Shown piece after piece: positions 18,221-26,906 of a DNA stretch of 64,000 nucleotides. The notes beneath the pieces were generated by a model that saw nothing but the letters and a program-made list of their open reading frames with translations, ran no database searches and was not told the DNA's origin. The stretch comes from Promethearchaeota archaeon. GTDB taxonomy: Archaea; Asgardarchaeota; Lokiarchaeia; Sigyniarchaeales; SOKP01. Location of the stretch: positions 110,080-174,079 of the forward strand of contig JAHPZE010000006.1 in the NCBI GenBank assembly GCA_019058365.1, written 5' to 3'. The position numbers were made by a program, and so were the translations under genes. Position 1 is the stretch's first letter. Every line of letters starts with the position of its first letter.

Positions 18221-19357
18221 TCAATCATCCTTACTTGGAATTTTCGGTAATTGTCTTCTACCACTTGGTTTTTTCGCTCTAGATTTTTCTAATATATCAA
18301 TTAAATCAGCTTTCTTTGTATTTATAGGTAAATCAATTTCTTTTTCTTCGGCATAAGCTTTAAGATCTTTTATAGTCATAGAATTAAAATCCGTTATCTC
18401 TTTAGGAGTTATAGTTTTCTTCATTGCATCTGGTTTAGTTGGCATTGGAGACAATCCTGAAGGAGATGTCTTTCTTGGAGCGTTATTTAATTTTTCTTCC
18501 TTTTCTAATACTTCAATAGCTTCCACAATTCCTTTCTTTTCGTCAAAATAAATTCTTAACACATGATTATCTAATTCTATCATTTCTTTTGGGACATTTT
18601 TAACTGGTTCCCAGTCGGTTTCTTCAACATTTTTTCCGAATACTTTAGCAATTTTTGAAACTGCAGCATAGAGTGTATAGCCCAAAATGAGATTTGTTCT
18701 TTTATAACCATCAGATACATCAGTTTTGAGAATTTTATCTTTTATTTTTTGTGCTTCTTCTCCTGATAATTCTATTGCTTTAGAAATTCTTGATGGTTTT
18801 ACCATTTCTGATCTTGGATATTGCGTCCTTGGTTTTGGTTTTAATGTACTCGAAGCGAAAGATGAAACTATTACTTCATTACTCGTATCTTGTAATGCTG
18901 GTGAGAAATACTCCTCTTCTGTCTGCAACTTAGTTGTTTTAGGAGCAACATCTGTAATAGGTGCTTGTTCCATTCTCTCCCGTTCAATATTTCGGACATA
19001 TCGCATATCTGCTAATCGTTCAGTTACTTCCATCGATTCTAATCTGAATGTATTTAAGAATTCTGAAGGTTCTTCTCCCGCATCTACAGAAATAATCTTA
19101 CAACGATGATATCTAGAATCGTTTATTAATTCTTCTTGAAGAGTTGCAGCTACTCTTGAACTGATAAATCTTTTTCGAACAGGTGATTTTGGACCTTTCC
19201 AAATGAAGATCCTTCGTAAATCTTCTCTTATTATTACTAAAACTTGTTCTGGATGCATATTTTCCTGAAGATGCTCTTCAGTTATGTCTAATTTTATCCT
19301 TTCTCCAGAATCGTCTAATTCATATACCATAAATGTCTCATATTCAGTCATTTTCAT
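18221..19357 (-). CDS. Gelsolin/villin-homology domain protein with a C-terminal SAP/HeH-like motif
   Basis: 378 aa. The N-terminal ~105 aa track the gelsolin repeat pattern: FMVYELDD...IKL, VLVIIRE, IFIWKGPKSPVRKRFISSRVAATLQEEL, KIISVDAGEEPSEFLNTF. The C-terminus has MTIKDLKAYAEEKEIDLPINTKKADLIDILEK and a basic tail. Confidence 0.7.
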   Translation of the reverse strand: MKMTEYETFMVYELDDSGERIKLDITEEHLQENMHPEQVLVIIREDLRRIFIWKGPKSPVRKRFISSRVAATLQEELINDSRYHRCKIISVDAGEEPSEFLNTFRLESMEVTERLADMRYVRNIERERMEQAPITDVAPKTTKLQTEEEYFSPALQDTSNEVIVSSFASSTLKPKPRTQYPRSEMVKPSRISKAIELSGEEAQKIKDKILKTDVSDGYKRTNLILGYTLYAAVSKIAKVFGKNVEETDWEPVKNVPKEMIELDNHVLRIYFDEKKGIVEAIEVLEKEEKLNNAPRKTSPSGLSPMPTKPDAMKKTITPKEITDFNSMTIKDLKAYAEEKEIDLPINTKKADLIDILEKSRAKKPSGRRQLPKIPSKDD

Positions 19358-19564
19358 TCAGCAGTAATATTAATCTGTGATATTTCAATTTTTATGATAG
19401 TAATTAATAACTTTGTATTATAATTTGAAATTTCTTTTAAAATTTAATTGTTTTAAAAAAAATATAAATTAGATTATATTAAATCTTTTTTTTTAAAAAA
19501 CCAAGAGGATCTTTTTTGATTGCATATTTTAATTTTAAAATTGAAAAGAAAATCTTAGTTCTTA

Positions 19565-20278
19565 TTATCGATCGTGAAGGACATTATCTATTGATAATAC
19601 AAATCCTACGAGAATTCTTCGATCAGTCTGATTATCAAGTATTCTTAAAGCATATGTATCTTTAAAATCTAAAAGCCCTCCAAGAAAGACATCTCTCCAT
19701 CGATCTGCTTTTTCTATTTCTGCTATAACATTACCAGTGGTTACATCATAAACCTTAAAACTCCACCCCATAAACTTGCCTTGAGCACGGAACCATTGGT
19801 TTCCTTGAGGGTCTTCAAGAAAAAACACAGGTCTGAAAAGGGATAAAATCTTCTTCTTAATTCGAGCTATAAGATTCCCTTGAGGATCTTTTAAATCTTG
19901 TGCTCCGCGAGCAGATACGAGTTTAGCATGAATCGTTGCTGCAATAGTTCCATCAACTTCTTGTAATTCAACTCTCCGTCGAATGCTTAAGATTATTCTT
20001 TTCATCTTCCCAATAATTTGGTTATGTTCGTCTAATATGTCGCCGCTTCCCCAATCCCAATACTTCTCCTTAAGGATATAGTAATTCCGGTTGATGTCAA
20101 ACAATCCTCCTGGTGGGCTTGAGGGATATACTCTAGGACCAGTTGGTCTTGTTTGTATAGGGGCAGTTTCTACTTGTCTAGTGCTAGCTGCTATAGGTGA
20201 ACCGCACTTTTCACAGAACCTTTGAGTTAAGTCGGAAATTTCCGCCCCGCAATTATTACAATATGGCACTTTTCTCAC
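19565..20278 (-). CDS. Zinc-ribbon plus LURP-one-related/scramblase-like (Tubby C-terminal-like) domain protein
   Basis: 237 aa. N-terminal CNNCGAEI...CEKCGSPI. The C-terminal ~170 aa have the repetitive beta-hairpin pattern of LOR/DUF567 proteins (YYILKEKYWDWGS.DILDE.. , FKVYDVTTGNVIAEIEK). Confidence 0.6.
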   Translation of the reverse strand: MRKVPYCNNCGAEISDLTQRFCEKCGSPIAASTRQVETAPIQTRPTGPRVYPSSPPGGLFDINRNYYILKEKYWDWGSGDILDEHNQIIGKMKRIILSIRRRVELQEVDGTIAATIHAKLVSARGAQDLKDPQGNLIARIKKKILSLFRPVFFLEDPQGNQWFRAQGKFMGWSFKVYDVTTGNVIAEIEKADRWRDVFLGGLLDFKDTYALRILDNQTDRRILVGFVLSIDNVLHDR

Positions 20279-20424
20279 TTTTCTTTTAAATTTATTTTAA
20301 GCTATGAATAATAATATTGTTTAATAAAGTTACGGGTAAATTAGATATTCAATGGATAATCAAGAAAACGTTTTAATTAGATAAGGATTAATTATTATTA
20401 ATAAGAAATAATTAGAGAAGCAAT

Positions 20425-21177
20425 ATGTCAAGCCAAAGCATTCCAAAGTTATTAAAATTGAAGGACTATATTACACTTGTAGGCACTTCTTTAGGAATAA
20501 TTGCTTTAGTATGTGCCTCTATTGGTCACCCTTATTTACTTTCCTTAGGTTTTTTTTTGGTGACGATCTCGCTTGGTACTGATATGATAGACGGCTATAT
20601 CGCTCGAAAAACAAATACAGTAAATGAAATGGGTAAAGAATTAGATTCATTGAGCGATTCTCTAACCTTTGGAATCACCCCCGCGGTTTTAGCTTACCAA
20701 TCATTCAAAACAAATACCCTCTTTGATATTATTATTATAATCGGAGCAATATGTTTTGCTATTGGGGCAATACTAAGATTGGCACGTTATAACATTACAG
20801 AAAGTCCAGGATATACGGGAGTACCTACACCCATAAGTGCCTTGCTAATAATTACCTTCTTTTATGCAAATTACTTTTATTCTATTGCTATGGGTGATTT
20901 TTGGGGAATCTCTTCATATATACTACCAATAATTATGATCCTAATTGGCTGGTTTAATATTACTACATATATTCATTTTGGTGAGAAAGATAAAGCAACC
21001 TATATGCTTTTTATTATAGTTGCTCCACTATGTCCCATTTTTGGGATAATTGGAGTTAGTTCACCCAATTTCATAATTTCGATGATAGTTTCAATATTCT
21101 TTTTATGTTCTTTTCTTATTCTAATAATCTCAATCATAAGAGGATTTTTTCTTTACTTTAGGACAAAAAAAGGTTAG
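20425..21177 (+). CDS. pssA: CDP-alcohol phosphatidyltransferase (archaetidylserine synthase-like)
   Basis: 250 aa polytopic. Exact D-G-x2-A-R-x8-G-x3-D-x3-D signature in DGYIARKTNTVNEMGKELDSLSD. Confidence 0.8.
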   Translation: MSSQSIPKLLKLKDYITLVGTSLGIIALVCASIGHPYLLSLGFFLVTISLGTDMIDGYIARKTNTVNEMGKELDSLSDSLTFGITPAVLAYQSFKTNTLFDIIIIIGAICFAIGAILRLARYNITESPGYTGVPTPISALLIITFFYANYFYSIAMGDFWGISSYILPIIMILIGWFNITTYIHFGEKDKATYMLFIIVAPLCPIFGIIGVSSPNFIISMIVSIFFLCSFLILIISIIRGFFLYFRTKKG

Positions 21178-21231
21178 GTATACTATTCACTATATCTAAA
21201 CTATGTGGAAATTTGTTGTGAGAGTATTTAT

Positions 21232-23256
21232 CTAGAATATCTTCTTTTTCCAGTTTTCAATACTTTCGATGATTTCTTTTTTGTCATTCTCATCTAGTAA
21301 TAAAAACTTTTCCTTGTACTTATTTATCGTACTTCTAACACTATGTAAGGTTACTGAAAACCCTTTTTTTTCTAGAATTAAATCAGCAATATCCTGTAAT
21401 TCTTTACCAAATGCATCCCCTTTGAGACTACCAAGTTTATCAATTAAATGATCGAAAGCAGTATTTATCTGTATTCCTGCTTCGTCACCTGCTTTAGGTT
21501 GTGCTGCTGTTAAAAACTCAATTTTTTCTTGGAGTTTCTGCTTTAAATCAGTAATTTTGGGTGAGGAATAAGATGGAACTGGGGTTTGTGAAGGTGAAAT
21601 CTCCGTAGATCTAATACTCTCTTTTGGAATTTCTTGAATTTGACTTGGTATTGGAATTGTTGGTTTACTTTCAATTTTGGTTGATTTCAGATCTCCTTTA
21701 ATCGATTGAAATTTTGCGGGAATTATAGGTTTTGCAGCAGTAAATGATTTAATAGGTGTAGTTGTCTTAGTTGCTTGTGCTTTTGTTATTTGAGTAGCAT
21801 GAAAAGAATCAGTATAAGCTTCTTCCCATATGTTTTTTATCAACGGATCTAATAACTTTATTAATGGTTTAAATGAAGTTCCGATTCCAATAAAATCATC
21901 TAAAGAATTATTTGAATCTTGGATTACTCCCATTATGAATATATCATTATCACCTTTTAAAATAATAATATTATCATTTTGATAAGTTCTATATACTATA
22001 TTTTTAATATCATTAAAGCTCTTAACAGTACTATTTGTATGAGCTTCTGAAGAAGCGATTTTTATTTTTAGATTACTAGCAATTTTATCAAATTGCTCAA
22101 GTGTTAAATGGTTTTCAATATGGGGGATAATTAACGTAAGAGTTTCTTGAGAATTTATAATAAGATTGTGGATTGATTCATTTACATTAGTGATACTATT
22201 TATTATCCAAACATTATTGAATAGTTGCTTATCAATCCTATTCATTTCTTTAAGATAATGCTTCATTAAGTCTTCGACAGGTTTATTTAGGTTTGAAACT
22301 TGATTAATTGAATTCTGAACAATGAGATTTAAACTTTCTTTGATTCTAGCTTCCAGATTCTCAACAGCAGGTAAAAGTTCCTCTTGGTTTTCTTTAAGTA
22401 ATTCATATATTTTATTCATTTTAGATTCAAAATTACTCAACATATTCAATAAAAGAATTTTAAAGTCATTTCGGTACTGAAATATAGAGTCTGTAGTATT
22501 TTGCATTTGTTCAGCTAAACCACCAAATTCTTTTTCAATTAATTCATGCAAATTATTACTAAATTCTCCTATTATTTTATCTAATTTCTCTTTGAATGAC
22601 TTTTCCACAGCAGCAAGAATCTCTTCTTTATGTTTTTTAAATTCCATGGAATTAATGTTCTTAATTATATCAATTTTAAGAGTATTAATTGTTTTAATTA
22701 AATCAGCAAATTGAGTTTGCGTAATACTCTTAATATCTTGACGGAGATCAGAGAGAATTTTATTAATTTTTTTTAATTCTTCCATTCCCTCAACAATATC
22801 TTCTACTTCTTGTTTTTGAATAATGGAATCCTCTTCAATATCTTTTTTAACTGCTTGAAAAGCGTTTACTATTGAATCTAGCTCAATTACCTTATTTTCT
22901 TGAAAAATAGTTAATAAGGAATTAACCATTAAGTCATAAATTGATTTTTTGATTGTAGGTAAATTTGCTTCAATATTATCATAATAATTGAGAATTGGAG
23001 AAATTGGCGGTAATGGTGAATAGTGTATTATTTGTTCTTTTTTCTTAGGCTTTTGTTGAATGAGCAAGCCAGCGTCTAAAAGTCCTTTTATGCTTGTATT
23101 AAATTCTTCTGGAGTTGCGTTAGGTATAAGAGTATATAATTCATAAAACGATAAAGGAAATTTACCTAATGATTTAAGATAAATCTCCACGGCATATTCG
23201 GGGAGTTGCATTTTTCTTAAAAACTCTTCCATTAGTTTTTCACCAAATTCTTTCAT
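21232..23256 (-). CDS. TrmB-like wHTH protein with a long coiled-coil insert and Pro/Thr/Ser-rich linker
   Basis: 674 aa. N-terminal LPEYAVEIYLKSLGKFPLSFYELYTL...LLDAGLL (TrmB HTH pattern). About 240 aa of heptad-like helical sequence. A TrmB_C-like block lies around IIILKGDNDIFIMGVIQD. Confidence 0.55.
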   Translation of the reverse strand: MKEFGEKLMEEFLRKMQLPEYAVEIYLKSLGKFPLSFYELYTLIPNATPEEFNTSIKGLLDAGLLIQQKPKKKEQIIHYSPLPPISPILNYYDNIEANLPTIKKSIYDLMVNSLLTIFQENKVIELDSIVNAFQAVKKDIEEDSIIQKQEVEDIVEGMEELKKINKILSDLRQDIKSITQTQFADLIKTINTLKIDIIKNINSMEFKKHKEEILAAVEKSFKEKLDKIIGEFSNNLHELIEKEFGGLAEQMQNTTDSIFQYRNDFKILLLNMLSNFESKMNKIYELLKENQEELLPAVENLEARIKESLNLIVQNSINQVSNLNKPVEDLMKHYLKEMNRIDKQLFNNVWIINSITNVNESIHNLIINSQETLTLIIPHIENHLTLEQFDKIASNLKIKIASSEAHTNSTVKSFNDIKNIVYRTYQNDNIIILKGDNDIFIMGVIQDSNNSLDDFIGIGTSFKPLIKLLDPLIKNIWEEAYTDSFHATQITKAQATKTTTPIKSFTAAKPIIPAKFQSIKGDLKSTKIESKPTIPIPSQIQEIPKESIRSTEISPSQTPVPSYSSPKITDLKQKLQEKIEFLTAAQPKAGDEAGIQINTAFDHLIDKLGSLKGDAFGKELQDIADLILEKKGFSVTLHSVRSTINKYKEKFLLLDENDKKEIIESIENWKKKIF

Positions 23257-23408
23257 ATGATTCTTATTAATAATAGAGATACTTACCGAACTTATATAAT
23301 CTTTTAGAATTAAAGAATCTTTTTTTAAAAATTAAAATATTTAAGGAGGCTTTAACATTATAATCATTAATAATATTATAGATACTCACCGAAATTCATA
23401 AAACAGAT

Positions 23409-24749
23409 GTGGAAAAAATGACAGAGGATATATATTTTTACTTAGATCTTACTAAAGATTTATTGAGAAAAAAAGAGATCATAAAAACAATTAAATATTA
23501 CATTGAGGAAAAAAATAAAGCAAACTTAAAAGGTCACTATTCTCTCTTGATTTTTCAAGAAGAGGGAAATCCAGTCTTTTTAACGGATAAAAAAGATTCT
23601 GATATAATTGCCAACTCAATTGAAGAAAATTGGAATACTCGTCCAAAAGATAAAAGTTATTTTGAAAATGGGTTATTTTACATTTTTTCTTATATTGCTG
23701 AGACTGTGAGAAAAAAATCCAAATTTAATAGAATTATAGTTATTACAGATACGCCATCCGACTTATCTGAAGAATATCAAGAGGCTCTATTTAATTTAGT
23801 ATCAAAGATAAAGAATTTTCCCACATTTATAGATATTATTAGAGTATCCAAAGAGGGCGAACGCTTTTTTAAAGATGATGTAAAATTGAATATGCTTGCA
23901 AGTGACACTAAGGGAGGAATTTTTTATATTCAGGACAGAAAAGGCTTCACTGATGTGATTAAGAAACTTGTAAAGACTAAACAATTTGTAACTACATTTG
24001 AAGATCAACCTGATCTTATTAGAATAAGCAAAGAAGATTATGCTTTCTACAGTCAATTAGCAAAATCCTTAATAAAATCTAGTGAATTAAATTTAGTATG
24101 TCATTTTTGTAATGAAGAAGTATGTCCCGTTTGTATGGATGTTCATGATACTCCGTTGATTTGTGAAGACTGTAATACAAGTTTTCATCATTGTTGTATT
24201 ACCAATTATGTTATAAATCATAATATTGGTATACCTCATATTTTTCGTTGTCCCAATAACGAATGTGATGTGCTTCTTAAAATAGATGAAGATGAGATAA
24301 TTGAAGTATCAGGAGAAGTAGAAGTAGGAACGGTAAAGGAATATTTAGAAGAAGAACTACTTCAAGAGTCATTAGAAGAAATTCCCGAAGAAGAAGAACC
24401 TAGTTCTATTACACCTACTCTACAAAAAATAGAAACTCCGCCAGTAAAAGAAAAAAGTATCTCTGGAGCAAAACAAGTCACAACCATTAGAATTGGTGGA
24501 TTTTTTGGAAAAGTCTATACCGTAAAAAAAATGGGAGATAAAATTGTGTACGAGAAGTCTACACAGCCAACTTTTAAACCAAGTGCTGAAACTTCAAAAA
24601 GAGGAGAATTTATACTAAAAGATACTATAAAACTTACGAGTGAAAAAGCGAGAAAGAAACCAAAGTTTATTATTTGTCCTCAATGTGGAACTCAAAATGA
24701 TTCTACTCACACCTCGTGTTCTAATTGTGGAAATAAATTATCATATTAA
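23409..24749 (+). CDS. vWA-like (MIDAS-less) domain + C4HC3 cross-brace zinc finger + C-terminal zinc ribbon protein, paralog 1
   Basis: 446 aa (ATG at 23418 is an alternative start). vWA-like strands IYFYLDL, LLIFQ, RIIVITDTPSD, FIDIIRV, GGIFYIQD. Finger CHFCNEEVCPVCx9CEDCx4HHCCx~19CPNNEC. Also RIGGFFGK and a terminal CPQCG...CSNCG. Confidence 0.6.
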   Translation: MEKMTEDIYFYLDLTKDLLRKKEIIKTIKYYIEEKNKANLKGHYSLLIFQEEGNPVFLTDKKDSDIIANSIEENWNTRPKDKSYFENGLFYIFSYIAETVRKKSKFNRIIVITDTPSDLSEEYQEALFNLVSKIKNFPTFIDIIRVSKEGERFFKDDVKLNMLASDTKGGIFYIQDRKGFTDVIKKLVKTKQFVTTFEDQPDLIRISKEDYAFYSQLAKSLIKSSELNLVCHFCNEEVCPVCMDVHDTPLICEDCNTSFHHCCITNYVINHNIGIPHIFRCPNNECDVLLKIDEDEIIEVSGEVEVGTVKEYLEEELLQESLEEIPEEEEPSSITPTLQKIETPPVKEKSISGAKQVTTIRIGGFFGKVYTVKKMGDKIVYEKSTQPTFKPSAETSKRGEFILKDTIKLTSEKARKKPKFIICPQCGTQNDSTHTSCSNCGNKLSY

Positions 24750-24834
24750 GAAAAAAGCGAAGTTCTATAGTATTTTTATAACATATTCTTTTAATAAAGA
24801 AAAAGTAAATCACAATATTGTTAAAAGAAAAATA

Positions 24835-24904
24835 ACTGATTCTAGTATTATCAATAAAAATAAATAAACTGAATCTACTAGTATTATCAATAAAAATAAA
24901 TAAA
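24835..24904. repeat. Imperfect tandem direct repeat (two units, 36-nt spacing) in the promoter region of paralog 2
   Basis: The identical 27-nt core CTAGTATTATCAATAAAAATAAATAAA occurs at 24842-24868 and 24878-24904. It ends 9 nt before the ATG at 24914. Confidence 0.85.
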
Positions 24905-24913
24905 TGTGCTAAA

Positions 24914-26218
24914 ATGTTACCACGATCTTCTAATACGGTAAATTCTGAGGAATTTATTTTTTATATAGACTTAATTACTGATTTCTTGAAAAAGAAACCC
25001 TTAGTGAAAGCAATAAATGCTTTTATAAAAGAAAAAGATAAATTTAATGTTTTAACTTCTTACGGAGTGGTGCTTTTTCAAAAAGATGAGAATCCGATAA
25101 ATGTTTATGATTTAAAAGATGTGGAAACCGTTATAAATACCATAAACAATGGATGGGAAACACGAGAAATTGAGAAAAGTTATCTAGAAAATGGGTTATA
25201 TGAAATACTTGCATATATTTTTAGGAAAAGCCGTGATACAAGAAAGAATTATCGTATAATAATAATTTCAGATTCCCCTAGCAAATTATCTGAGGATTAT
25301 TATAATGCACTTTACGATTTACTCATTAAAGCAAAAAAATTTTCAGCTTTTATTGACATTATTCGTGTGGGAGAAGAGAAATTTTTTGAAGATGATGTAA
25401 AACTTAAAGTTATTTCAAGTGAAACTCATGGAGGCACATTCTATTGTCAAAGTGATAAACTTCTTCAAACTATCTTAGGTTCTTTGACTCAGAATAAAAA
25501 AGAATTCAAAGTTATACTCTCTGATGAGTCTGAACAAATTTTAAAAGAAGATCAAGTTTTTTATGAACGATTGGCCGTAGATCTCATTAGTCTCTCTACA
25601 GATGATCAAGAAATATGTGATATCTGCGAACAAGCGGTATGTCCTATTTGTGAAGCTCATTCTGATGAGATACATAAGTGTTTTAATTGTAACGCTAAAT
25701 TTCATAGTTGCTGTGCGGCAAAATATTCCCTTGTTAAGAATATAGGTTTTAAACATCTATTTAGGTGTCCGCAATGTGACACTCTTTTAAAACTAGATGA
25801 AGAATTTGTCAATATGATATATGATGAAGAGATAGAAGAAGGATTGCCTGAAATAGATTTGGGTGAACCTTTTTCAGAACCTGTCATGGAAGCGCTCGAA
25901 GTTCAAGAAGAACTAATAGAAAAAGTAGAGGAAGAGCCCGTTGAAATACCCGAATCAGCCATACCTACACCAACGAAAAAGGTACGGTTAGGAGGGTTCT
26001 TTGGGAAAGATGTTACAATTACAACTGGAACTACAAAAGGTGAAGTAGCATTAAAAGTTCCAGAAATTATTAAGTCACCAGAAGAACAAAATGTCTCGAT
26101 AACAAATTTAAGACCACCAAAAAGAAGAGGAACTGGAACAATACGACTTTGTAAAATTTGTGGAGCAACGATACATAATACCCGAAATTGTCCAACATGC
26201 GGGGCTAAAGCTGATTAG
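24914..26218 (+). CDS. vWA-like (MIDAS-less) domain + C4HC3 cross-brace zinc finger + C-terminal zinc ribbon protein, paralog 2
   Basis: 434 aa, colinear with the upstream gene: FIFYIDL, RIIIISDSPS, FIDIIRVGEE, GGTFYCQ. Finger CDICEQAVCPICx8CFNCx4HSCCx~19CPQC. Also RLGGFFGK and a terminal CKICG...CPTCG. Confidence 0.6.
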   Translation: MLPRSSNTVNSEEFIFYIDLITDFLKKKPLVKAINAFIKEKDKFNVLTSYGVVLFQKDENPINVYDLKDVETVINTINNGWETREIEKSYLENGLYEILAYIFRKSRDTRKNYRIIIISDSPSKLSEDYYNALYDLLIKAKKFSAFIDIIRVGEEKFFEDDVKLKVISSETHGGTFYCQSDKLLQTILGSLTQNKKEFKVILSDESEQILKEDQVFYERLAVDLISLSTDDQEICDICEQAVCPICEAHSDEIHKCFNCNAKFHSCCAAKYSLVKNIGFKHLFRCPQCDTLLKLDEEFVNMIYDEEIEEGLPEIDLGEPFSEPVMEALEVQEELIEKVEEEPVEIPESAIPTPTKKVRLGGFFGKDVTITTGTTKGEVALKVPEIIKSPEEQNVSITNLRPPKRRGTGTIRLCKICGATIHNTRNCPTCGAKAD

Positions 26219-26223
26219 CTTCT

Positions 26224-26781
26224 TCATATTTTTAAATTCTCAACTAAAATTACTCCAGAAATATTCGTCTCTTTAACAGCTGTAAAACCTTTCTTCATTT
26301 TCTGCGCATAATTCTTTAAAAGAAGTAAAATTTGATCAATTTTTTCTTTATGAAAATCCAACATATTTATATTGCATGTTTTTTCCGATTTCTGATTTAT
26401 AAAACGAAGTTCATATCTATAATATGGTTTAAAGTCGAGCTTTCTCAATCTTATTTCTATTTTCTCTAACTCAGACCAAGTAATTGTGAAGATAGGGACA
26501 TTAGGTAAAATTAATTCAATATTTTCAGTTGATATTGAGAATTTTCTAATTTCTCCTGAATTTTGAGATAAAAGATAAGAGTAATACAAAACTAACGAAA
26601 TAATTATCACTAAACTTACATAAATACTCACATAAGATCCTGGAAATAAAAACATCACTAAAAAATTTATTGACGCTGTGAGAATCATAATAGCTAAACC
26701 AACTGAACAAGGGATTGAAATCCTATTGAATTCTTCTCCAGAAAAATCAATTATCTCAATTTTTTCTGGCTTTACTTCCAT
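26224..26781 (-). CDS. Membrane protein (2 TM plus a small cytoplasmic domain, possibly bPH/DUF304-like)
   Basis: 185 aa. Two N-terminal hydrophobic helices precede a ~100-aa soluble domain. The fold assignment is speculative. Confidence 0.45.
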   Translation of the reverse strand: MEVKPEKIEIIDFSGEEFNRISIPCSVGLAIMILTASINFLVMFLFPGSYVSIYVSLVIIISLVLYYSYLLSQNSGEIRKFSISTENIELILPNVPIFTITWSELEKIEIRLRKLDFKPYYRYELRFINQKSEKTCNINMLDFHKEKIDQILLLLKNYAQKMKKGFTAVKETNISGVILVENLKI

Positions 26782-26906
26782 AGACTTACATTAATTAATT
26801 TCACATATAAACTTTAACTAAAAATTAAAAATAATTTTTGATATTGGAAAATAGAGGAATAATTTTAAAATTTTAATTGTTTATTAAAAATACAAAATAA
26901 TCTTTA

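Noticed and set aside
18726-19109. 127-aa plus-strand ORF opposite the gelsolin-domain gene; likewise 17573-17848 and 17849-18097 opposite the HEAT-repeat gene
   Set aside because: The opposite-strand genes have clear domain signatures. These ORFs are Ser/Leu-rich mirror frames with no motifs.
23409-24000. Calling the N-terminal domains of the tandem paralogs bona fide metal-binding vWA domains
   Set aside because: The DxSxS MIDAS motif is absent (the sequence reads YLDLTKD / YIDLITD). I call only a vWA-like fold, from the strand pattern.
24640-24867. 75-aa ORF spanning the end of vWA/finger paralog 1 and the intergenic repeat
   Set aside because: It is out of frame with the 3' end of a well-supported gene and runs through the AT-rich promoter repeat. 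No motif is present.
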